Positions 1 to 5,601 of a stretch of DNA of 8,165 bases are shown here, one piece after another. The stretch is taken from positions 1 to 8,165 of the forward strand of contig JAWBIX010000016.1 in assembly GCA_038833255.1 (NCBI GenBank). Direction: 5' to 3'. Origin of the DNA: Nanopusillaceae archaeon. Its GTDB lineage: Archaea > Nanobdellota > Nanobdellia > Nanobdellales > Nanobdellaceae. Below the pieces are notes generated by a model. That model was given only the letters and a program-made list of their open reading frames with translations. It was not told the origin of the DNA and made no database searches. A program made the translations under genes and the position numbers. Every line of letters starts with the position of its first letter. Within the stretch, counting starts at the first letter, position 1.

Positions 1-93
1 TAAATAAAAATTTTGTAAAAAAATCGGATATTTCTAATTTTTTATTATTTTTAGAATATATTGAAAAAACTCTTTCAGAATTTCCAAAAGAGG

Positions 94-100
94 AAGGAGA
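94..100 (+). promoter_or_regulatory. Shine-Dalgarno-like element (AAGGAGA) 7 nt upstream of ATG 108
   Basis: Purine-rich AGGAAGGAGA at 91-100 partially complements the conserved archaeal 16S 3' end (CCUCC). It is the only clear SD in the window. AT-rich TATA-like sequence (TTAGAATATATT, about 51-62) lies upstream. Confidence 0.45.
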
Positions 101-107
101 TTTAAAA

Positions 108-554
108 ATGATAAAAAATATTTTGTCAAATATTTATAGGTTGTTTGCAATTCCAAAAGAAGCAGAAGAAATTTTAAAATATGTTGTTTATTTAGAAGAA
201 AAAGCAAATGATTTAGAAAGAATAGGAAAGAGTTTCGTTAAAGATTTCATAGATTTTGCTGAAATAGATAATGAAAATATTAGAAAATTAAATAATCTAA
301 GAGTAAATATAAGGATATTAGAAAATCTATTTTGGATTGCTGCAAAAGAAATTGAGATAAATGACGGATTATTATTAGTTATACCACATTTTTTAAATAT
401 TGCATCAAAATACATCTTTTATTATATCGTAGTTAATTATAAAGATGAATTAAAATATATAAAAAGAGATCTTGGAAATATAAAATACAATGAAGATTTA
501 TATAAAAAATATTTAGAAAAATACAAAAAAGAGAATCTAAAAAACTATCTATGA
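108..554 (+). CDS. Hypothetical protein, 148 aa, predicted mostly helical, no recognisable family
   Basis: A long ORF in sequence where stop codons should be frequent. It is preceded by an SD-like element. Its TGA stop (552-554) overlaps the ATG of the next gene (551-553) as ATGA. I saw no catalytic or metal-binding motif. Confidence 0.65.
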   Translation: MIKNILSNIYRLFAIPKEAEEILKYVVYLEEKANDLERIGKSFVKDFIDFAEIDNENIRKLNNLRVNIRILENLFWIAAKEIEINDGLLLVIPHFLNIASKYIFYYIVVNYKDELKYIKRDLGNIKYNEDLYKKYLEKYKKENLKNYL

Positions 555-1855
555 AATTTTACATAATTACTATTGGTTGTACTTTAAATAAATCGGAATC
601 TCAAAGAATGAGATATTTATTAGAAAAAGAAGGATTTAAATATGTAGAAAATCCCAAAGAAGCAGAAATAATTATAATAAATACATGTACTGTTAAAACT
701 CCATCAGAAAATAAAACTTACCGCTTTTTAAGAGAATTTAGAGATAAAAAAATAATTTTAACTGGATGTTTAGTTCAACATCAGCCAGAAAAATTTAAAG
801 AATATTCGATTGTTGGGATATATGAAATAGAAAAAATCGTTGATGCTGTCAAAAGAACAATTAATAATGAAATTGTAAAATATTTAGAAATTAAAAAAGT
901 AAATAAACTAGAAATTCCTTCTATAGATGAATATCCTATAAAAATCATACCCATACAGGAGGGATGTTTATGGAAATGTAAATATTGTGCAACAAAATTA
1001 GCTAGATGTTTAACATTTAGTTACCCTCCAGAAATAATATTTAACGAAATATTTGATGCTTTAAAAAAAGGATTAAAAATAATATATTTCACTGGTACAG
1101 ACTTAGCTATATATGGGTTTGATTTAGGAATAAATTTAGCTGATTTGCTTTTTAGAATAAGAGAAATAGATGGAGATTTCTATATTAGGGTCGGGATGGC
1201 AAATCCTGGAATTTTAAACGGTTTTTTGAGCAAATTATTAGAGGCTTATAATTATAATAAAATATTTAAATTCTTTCATATTCCTGTTCAATCTGCATCT
1301 AATAAAGTTTTAGAAAGTATGGGAAGGTTATATAAAATTGAAGATTTTTATGAAATTGTAGAAAAAATTAGAAAAAAATATTTTGAGGCTAGTATTTCTA
1401 CGGATATTATTGTTGGTTATCCCACAGAAACTGAAGAAGATTTTAGATTAACTTGTCAAATGATTGAAGAAATAAAATTTGATGTAATAAACTTATCAAA
1501 ATTTTGGCCAAGACCAAAAACAGAAGCTTACAAAATGAAATATTTAAAGGGAGAAATAGTAAAAAATAGATCTAGAATTATTAAAAACTTATTTAATAAA
1601 ACTGCTTTAGAAAGAAATAAAATATGGAAAGGTTGGGAAGGATATTGTATTGTAGAAAGTAAAGGAAAGGGGGAGAGTTGGATATGTAGGAACTATTCTT
1701 ATAAACAAATAATTGTAAAGACTAGTGAAAATATATTAGGAAAAATAATAAAAGTTAAAGTTTCGGATATAACTCCAATCGATTTAAGAGCAGATATAAT
1801 AGATGTAGTTAAAAACCCCTATCCAGGAATTTTAGAAGAAAAAAAATTATTTTAA
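551..1855 (+). CDS. MiaB-like radical-SAM tRNA methylthiotransferase, archaeal/eukaryotic type (e-MtaB/CDKAL1 family, predicted ms2t6A37 synthesis)
   Basis: 434 aa. The N-terminal MTTase domain has cysteines C10 (GCTLN), C46 (NTCTV) and C73 (TGCL). The radical-SAM CxxxCxxC motif is C139-LWK-C143-KY-C146 (nt 965-988). The C-terminus has a TRAM-like beta-rich segment (WEGYCIVES...IIKVKVSDITP). The three-domain layout is typical of the family. Confidence 0.85.
   Translation: MKFYIITIGCTLNKSESQRMRYLLEKEGFKYVENPKEAEIIIINTCTVKTPSENKTYRFLREFRDKKIILTGCLVQHQPEKFKEYSIVGIYEIEKIVDAVKRTINNEIVKYLEIKKVNKLEIPSIDEYPIKIIPIQEGCLWKCKYCATKLARCLTFSYPPEIIFNEIFDALKKGLKIIYFTGTDLAIYGFDLGINLADLLFRIREIDGDFYIRVGMANPGILNGFLSKLLEAYNYNKIFKFFHIPVQSASNKVLESMGRLYKIEDFYEIVEKIRKKYFEASISTDIIVGYPTETEEDFRLTCQMIEEIKFDVINLSKFWPRPKTEAYKMKYLKGEIVKNRSRIIKNLFNKTALERNKIWKGWEGYCIVESKGKGESWICRNYSYKQIIVKTSENILGKIIKVKVSDITPIDLRADIIDVVKNPYPGILEEKKLF
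1839..1846 (-). terminator. Oligo-T tract (T8 on minus strand), candidate terminator for the metallophosphoesterase gene
   Basis: The A8 run on the plus strand (codons for the EEKKL tail of the methylthiotransferase) reads as T8 on the minus strand, immediately after the minus-strand stop at 1847-1849. Confidence 0.3.
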
Positions 1856-2497
1856 TTCAAAAATCAATGGTTTTTTATGTATATAAAAAGAAACATTATA
1901 AATTTCTGTATTTCCTAATTTATAATACCAATTTTTTGAAAAATGTGCATGTCCATGAAAAGCAAGAAGAATTTTGTCTTTATAAGTTTTAAATAAATTG
2001 TTTAATTCTTTAGAAAATAAAGCAGGTGGTATTCCAGGATCTCCTTTTATTGTTTCTTGACAAAAAGAATAATGCGAAATAAATATTATTTTTTTATCAA
2101 CTTCCTGAAAGCATTTTTCTAATTTTCTTAAAATTTCGTCTTTTTTTGTATAAAAAATAGATTTCTTTAAATCTGGAAATCCACAAGTTCCCAAAAAACA
2201 ATAATCATCTATAATAACATAATTATCTTCTAACCAGCCCATAAAATTGTATTCTCTTTTATATTTCTCTCTATTTTGCAAACTTTCATTATTACCAAAA
2301 ACAGAAATTATTTTAAAGTTGGAAAATTTTTCATTTAATATTAAATATAATTTTTTAAAATAAATATGGTTATCTCTATCAACTATATCTCCGGCAAAAA
2401 TAAATATGTCTATCTCTTCTTCTATTTTTTTTAATGCTTCATAAAACTCTTTTAAATTTAGTGGCAAGTGTAAATCTGAAGTTACTGCAATTTTCAT
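1847..2497 (-). CDS. Calcineurin-like metallophosphoesterase (specific substrate unknown)
   Basis: 216 aa. It carries the ordered MPE motifs D8-x-H10 (SDLHL), G36-D37 (AGDIVD), G68-N-N-E71 (variant of GNHD/E), SH (FISHY) and GHAH (FHGHAH). Confidence 0.8.
   Translation of the reverse strand: MKIAVTSDLHLPLNLKEFYEALKKIEEEIDIFIFAGDIVDRDNHIYFKKLYLILNEKFSNFKIISVFGNNESLQNREKYKREYNFMGWLEDNYVIIDDYCFLGTCGFPDLKKSIFYTKKDEILRKLEKCFQEVDKKIIFISHYSFCQETIKGDPGIPPALFSKELNNLFKTYKDKILLAFHGHAHFSKNWYYKLGNTEIYNVSFYIHKKPLIFELK
1871..1876 (+). terminator. Oligo-T tract (T6), candidate archaeal terminator for the methylthiotransferase gene
   Basis: TTTTTT lies 16 nt after the TAA at 1853-1855, inside the 3' coding end of the convergent gene. 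Archaeal RNAP terminates at oligo-T runs. Confidence 0.3.
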
Positions 2498-2534
2498 AAT
2501 TAAAATTTTTATATATTATTTTAAATTTATAAAT
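2498..2534. promoter_or_regulatory. 37-bp divergent promoter region, two back-to-back TATA-like boxes, probably leaderless transcripts
   Basis: The region is almost pure A/T. TTTATATA at 2508-2515 sits about 23-24 nt before ATG 2535. TATA-like TTTAAAAT and TTTATAAA on the minus strand lie about 24-32 nt before the minus-strand ATG at 2497. Neither start codon has an SD. Confidence 0.4.
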
Positions 2535-2843
2535 ATGGCGGAGATAGAAATAGAACTAATAAGACCTGTAAATCCGGCTGGAAGAAGTTTTATAACAAAC
2601 GTATATGGGGCTGTAGCAGCAAAAAATAGAGAAGTTATAGATAATTATAAGAAAGAATTCACAAAGTTAATACAAAGATTAGGCTTTAAGATTGAAGAAG
2701 CCGTTGGAACAGGAAAATTAATAACCGGAAAAATAGTAATCTCTCTAGATAATAACAATAAACCAATAAAGGCATATACTGTAGAGCTAAGTGTTTGGAA
2801 TATAGAAAAGACTTCTAAAGAAAAGATAGAGGTAACTTTATAA
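2535..2843 (+). CDS. Hypothetical small protein, 102 aa, mixed alpha/beta pattern, no recognisable family
   Basis: ATG start. G+C by hand count is about 32%, similar to the conserved genes in the window and well above the neighbouring orphan. Amino-acid usage is balanced (7 Ala, 6 Gly, net charge about +3). Confidence 0.7.
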   Translation: MAEIEIELIRPVNPAGRSFITNVYGAVAAKNREVIDNYKKEFTKLIQRLGFKIEEAVGTGKLITGKIVISLDNNNKPIKAYTVELSVWNIEKTSKEKIEVTL

Positions 2844-2845
2844 CA

Positions 2846-2877
2846 TTTTTAAATACCAAAAATTTCTTTTTATTTTT
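2846..2877 (+). terminator. T-rich spacer (T5, then TTTCTTTTTATTTTT), a possible terminator for the 102-aa gene and/or promoter for the 104-aa gene
   Basis: Oligo-T runs fall at 2846-2850 and 2863-2877. TTTAAATA at 2848-2855 is about 23-30 nt upstream of ATG 2878. Sequence alone cannot tell me whether it acts as a terminator or a promoter. Confidence 0.3.
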
Positions 2878-3192
2878 ATGAATATTGAGGATATTAAAAA
2901 GAAAATAATAGATCATGAAAGAGAAATTAATTATAATGAAGTTGTAAAATTGAAAGAATTAAAAGAAAATCTTTCTAATCTTTTAAATAAGATAGAAAAA
3001 CTAAAAGATTATATTTCACAATTAGAGATTTTAAATATTAAAGAACTTTCTGGGAAATATTATATCAAAGAGGATGAATTAGAGATTTTATATAATGTTT
3101 TTTCTTTATATTCTGAAGTTTCAAATAACTTCTCAGATTTTTATAAGAAATTAATTGATTATTATAAATTATTGAAAAAAGAAATTATTTAA
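2878..3192 (+). CDS. Hypothetical 104-aa coiled-coil (helix-loop-helix) protein with low-complexity composition
   Basis: A clean 3-4-3-4 hydrophobic heptad runs L25, L28, L32, L35, I39, L42, I46, L49. A second heptad run covers residues about 68-99, after the loop SGKYYIKED. G+C is about 18% by hand count. It has no Ala, Pro, Thr, Cys or Trp. Confidence 0.6.
   Translation: MNIEDIKKKIIDHEREINYNEVVKLKELKENLSNLLNKIEKLKDYISQLEILNIKELSGKYYIKEDELEILYNVFSLYSEVSNNFSDFYKKLIDYYKLLKKEII
3175..3180 (-). terminator. Oligo-T tract (T6 on minus strand), candidate terminator for rtcA
   Basis: The plus-strand A6 (Lys codons of the ...LKKEII tail) reads as T6 on the minus strand, 5 nt after the rtcA stop at 3185-3187. 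Confidence 0.3.
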
Positions 3193-4246
3193 ATGAAACT
3201 AAAAAGAGATTTCCAATCTTATCTATTTTAATATCTATATTCAAAAACTGTTTTACTACCCAAATATTGGTTTTTAAATGATTAGAAATATTTGAAACTG
3301 TAAATTTTCCACCAATTAAAGATATAAAAGGAATTAAATTATCTGAAAGGTTTTCATCAACTGATGCTTTATTTTTTAGTATTTCTATAAATTTTTCAGC
3401 AGCTAATTTACCAACAGTCTCTGCCCTAAGGTTTTTTTCTCCTAAAAAATCAGTTCCAAATGGATACTTTCTATTTCCAACAATAGTAATTACTGCTCCT
3501 GTAGAATAGGAATCTACATATTCTATATGCTTTCTTATTTTGATATCAACTAAATTTTTAAAAACTGAAATAGCGCCTCTTACCATCCTTTCACAAACTT
3601 TTCTTTCTTTTAAATCTTTAGAAGCTACAGAATATATATTTATTTCTTTTGGCATTTCAAAATCTATATCTAAACTACCTAGGTTTTTAATATCTCTTAA
3701 AAAATCATTAAAAGAAGTATAATTATTTAAGGAAAATATAGGATTTACTTCAATTTCCACTTCTCCTCCTCCTTTAGGATAAAATCCTCTCCTAATTAGC
3801 TTAAAATCTATATTTGCAAAAATTCTATAGTATGGAAGTAAAATATATCTAAAATAGTCTAAAGATGGAGAATGCTTAACATCTGTTCCTCCTTTTATAA
3901 TAAGTTTTATTTTAGAATCAGAAAATAGGGTAGTTAGTAAAACTCCTTGTAATAAAAGAGTAATTGATCCTGCAGTTCCTATATCTTCTTTATAAATCCC
4001 ACCATAAATTCCTTTCGGACTAAAGTAAAGTTCTAAAGAGCCAATACTAATTTCTGAAGTTTCTGCTCTAGTAATTTTTTTAATTAAAAGAACAGAATGC
4101 AAATGCTGCGATTTCAAACCTGGGGGAGATCTATTTTTTCTTATATTTATTAGCTTTATGGGTATTTTAGTTAAAGAAGACAGAATTAGGGACGTTCTTA
4201 ATATTTGTCCTCCTCCTTCACCATAAGAACCATCTATAACTATCAT
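3185..4246 (-). CDS. rtcA: RNA 3'-terminal phosphate cyclase
   Basis: 353 aa. The N-terminal signature is IDGSYGEGGGQILRTSL, followed by PGLKSQHL. The C-terminal S-N-H323-L-K-T-N (H codon at nt 3278-3280) aligns with the adenylylated histidine motif (HLLTN) as I recall it from E. coli RtcA. Confidence 0.9.
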   Translation of the reverse strand: MIVIDGSYGEGGGQILRTSLILSSLTKIPIKLINIRKNRSPPGLKSQHLHSVLLIKKITRAETSEISIGSLELYFSPKGIYGGIYKEDIGTAGSITLLLQGVLLTTLFSDSKIKLIIKGGTDVKHSPSLDYFRYILLPYYRIFANIDFKLIRRGFYPKGGGEVEIEVNPIFSLNNYTSFNDFLRDIKNLGSLDIDFEMPKEINIYSVASKDLKERKVCERMVRGAISVFKNLVDIKIRKHIEYVDSYSTGAVITIVGNRKYPFGTDFLGEKNLRAETVGKLAAEKFIEILKNKASVDENLSDNLIPFISLIGGKFTVSNISNHLKTNIWVVKQFLNIDIKIDKIGNLFLVSFK

Positions 4247-4275
4247 TAATAAAAATATGCAAAATAATTATATTA
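4247..4275. promoter_or_regulatory. 29-bp divergent promoter region between rtcA and the HAD gene
   Basis: TAATAAAAATATGCAAAATAATTATATTA is almost pure A/T. TATA-like sequence sits about 25 nt from each start codon, so each gene's box abuts the other gene's ATG. There is no room for a 5' UTR or SD. Confidence 0.4.
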
Positions 4276-4899
4276 ATGATTGCTTTAGATTTTGATGGAA
4301 CTTTAGTAGATAGCTATACTATTATTCCTATAATTTACAAAAGATTTCAAGAAGAATTTAATTTATACGAAGGTTTCGTAGACGCTATGTTAATGCTAGA
4401 AGACATTTGGGATTTTTTTGGAATTTTTGAAAGATATAAATGGTTGAAATATATTTTTAAAGATAATGAAGAAATTTTTTCAAGATATTGGAAAATGAGA
4501 GAAGAAAATCAGATAATACTTCCCGGAACTTTAGAATTTTTAAATGATCTTGTAAGAAATGAAGATTTATATTTAGTAACATCTATAGATGATACGGAAG
4601 AAATTAAAAAAAATAGAATAAGAAAAAGCAAATTAGACAGATATTTTAAAGACATAATAATTTATGGAACTAAAGACTTTCCAGATATAGATAAAGCAAT
4701 TGACTATTTAAAAGATATAGAAAAAAATTTAATTTATATAGATGATAAAAATACTAATCTGTTTAAATTAATTAATAAAAATATAAAATTAATTAAAAGG
4801 ATATATTATCCTCCTTTTCCTCTAAAATTAGCTTGGAGATATCCTGAAATTAGATTAAAAGCCGTAACAAATTTAAATGAAATAAAAAATTTATTTTAA
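4276..4899 (+). CDS. HAD-superfamily hydrolase (subfamily I type with helical cap), substrate unknown
   Basis: 207 aa. Motif I is D5-F-D7-G-T at the extreme N-terminus (nt 4288-4296). Motif II is LVTS and motif IV is IYIDDKN. A helical insert lies between motifs I and II. Confidence 0.75.
   Translation: MIALDFDGTLVDSYTIIPIIYKRFQEEFNLYEGFVDAMLMLEDIWDFFGIFERYKWLKYIFKDNEEIFSRYWKMREENQIILPGTLEFLNDLVRNEDLYLVTSIDDTEEIKKNRIRKSKLDRYFKDIIIYGTKDFPDIDKAIDYLKDIEKNLIYIDDKNTNLFKLINKNIKLIKRIYYPPFPLKLAWRYPEIRLKAVTNLNEIKNLF
4884..4889 (-). terminator. Oligo-T tract (T6 on minus strand), candidate terminator at the end of the S13-S4-cbf5-rnhB-alaX operon
   Basis: The plus-strand A6 inside the HAD C-terminal codons (EIKN) reads as T6 on the minus strand, 2 nt after the alaX stop at 4891-4893. 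Confidence 0.3.
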
Positions 4900-5601
4900 A
4901 GTAAAATATAATCTTTTTTTGTTTTTACCTCTATTTTCTAATTTCATTATCTTTATTTCGCCGATTTCTTTTGTATTTGAAACGTGTGGCCCGCCATCAG
5001 CCTGAATATCGATGTTTTCTATTTCAACAATCCTCCACTCTTCCATATCTGGAGGAGCCCTTTCTAATAATTTAATAATACCGGGAATTTTCATTGCTTC
5101 TTCTCTTTTCAAAAAATATATTTTCACTGGGATTCCCATTTTAATTATATCATTCGCCTTTCTAATTGCATCCTCAAAAGCATTTTTCCAATTTTCAGAT
5201 GATATACTATAATCGTCTCTTCCATAATCTGGGGTAATTTCTCCACCAGTAACAAAAGCATTATAGTCTCTGTACAATATTGCTGAAATTATATGTGCTG
5301 CCGTATGTAATCTCATCAATCTATATCTTCTATCCCAATCTATAATTCCATAGATTATATCTCCTATGTTAAAACTTGGTAACTTATCCAAAACATGATA
5401 TATCTTATTATTTTCTTTGTAAACATCTATTACATTATATTCCTCTCCTTTATATATTATTTTACCAATATCATTAACAACTCCTCCACTTCTTGGATGA
5501 AAAATTGTTTGATCTAAAACTATTTTATTTTCTACTATTTCAATAACTCTTGCATTAAATTCTTTTAGATAAGAATCGTACCAATATAATAGTTTTGTCA
5601 T
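4891..5601 (-). CDS. alaX: Alanyl-tRNA editing protein AlaX (AlaX-M-like, mischarged Ser/Gly-tRNA-Ala deacylase)
   Basis: 236 aa. The N-terminal domain carries LDQTIFHPRSGG and DWDRRYRLMRL. The editing domain has the zinc motif H99-TAA-H103. The second motif reads D202-GGP-H206-VSNTKEIG where the family normally has CxxxH. The ATG at 5599-5601 overlaps the rnhB stop as ATGA. Confidence 0.85.
   Translation of the reverse strand: MTKLLYWYDSYLKEFNARVIEIVENKIVLDQTIFHPRSGGVVNDIGKIIYKGEEYNVIDVYKENNKIYHVLDKLPSFNIGDIIYGIIDWDRRYRLMRLHTAAHIISAILYRDYNAFVTGGEITPDYGRDDYSISSENWKNAFEDAIRKANDIIKMGIPVKIYFLKREEAMKIPGIIKLLERAPPDMEEWRIVEIENIDIQADGGPHVSNTKEIGEIKIMKLENRGKNKKRLYFTLK
4914..4926 (+). terminator. Oligo-T tracts (T7 then T5), candidate terminator for the HAD gene
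   Basis: TTTTTTTGTTTTT lies 15 nt after the TAA at 4897-4899. On the minus strand it encodes the GKNKKR tail of AlaX. Confidence 0.35.

Noticed and set aside
70-92. 6-bp inverted repeat CTCTTT...AAAGAG with an 11-nt loop just upstream of the SD of the first gene (possible regulatory hairpin)
   Set aside because: The stem is short and weak (A/T-rich) and probably straddles the transcription start if the TATA-like box at about 51-62 is used. It cannot be distinguished from chance.
188-415. 75-aa minus-strand ORF antisense to the 148-aa gene
   Set aside because: It is shorter than the sense ORF and fully nested in it. Its Ser/Phe/Ile/Leu-rich composition is what the reverse complement of K/E/N-rich codons produces. 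It has no start context. The sense ORF has an SD and ATGA coupling.
2285-2296. GNNE instead of GNHD/E in motif III of the metallophosphoesterase (possible loss of the catalytic His)
   Set aside because: Non-His residues at this position are known in active family members (GNCD in the YfcE/MJ0936 group). All metal-ligand motifs are present, so this is more likely subfamily variation than inactivation.
2535-2843. Faint resemblance of the 102-aa protein N-terminus (EIEIELIRPVNPAGRSFITNV) to ribosomal protein S24e (EIxVxxIRxNxLLxRKE...) and similar length
   Set aside because: The similarity covers about 20 residues recalled from memory. The rest does not align by eye, the characteristic TP/FG elements are missing, and the usual S24e-S27ae pairing is absent. 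This is not enough for a call and needs a profile search.
2878-3192. Possible prefoldin-beta-like protein (two coiled-coil helices around a central segment)
   Set aside because: The central linker (SGKYYIKED) is too short for the prefoldin beta-hairpin and lacks its conserved pattern. A generic helical hairpin explains the sequence equally well.
3278-3358. Apparent loss of the RtcA catalytic histidine (VDENLSDNL read as a mutated H-containing motif)
   Set aside because: On re-examination the nucleotidylated His of RtcA lies further toward the C-terminus, in the S-x-H-L-x-T-N motif. That motif is intact here (SNHLKTN, H323, nt 3278-3280). The DENLSDN segment corresponds to a different conserved loop.
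3540-3722. 60-aa plus-strand ORF inside rtcA
   Set aside because: It is a shadow ORF antisense to a confidently identified conserved gene, with low-complexity composition and no promoter space.
4981-5000. Short GC-rich islands in the AT-rich background (here, and at about 6181-6240 and 6671-6690), as possible embedded structured RNA genes or tRNA fragments
   Set aside because: Each island coincides with codons for highly conserved Gly/Pro/Ala/His motifs (GGPH in AlaX, EAGRGPVIGP in RNase HII, GVGAH in Cbf5). None is long enough or shows tRNA-like stems.
5012-5212. 66-aa plus-strand ORF inside alaX
   Set aside because: It is a shadow ORF antisense to a conserved gene. Its hydrophobic, low-complexity translation is typical of antisense frames.
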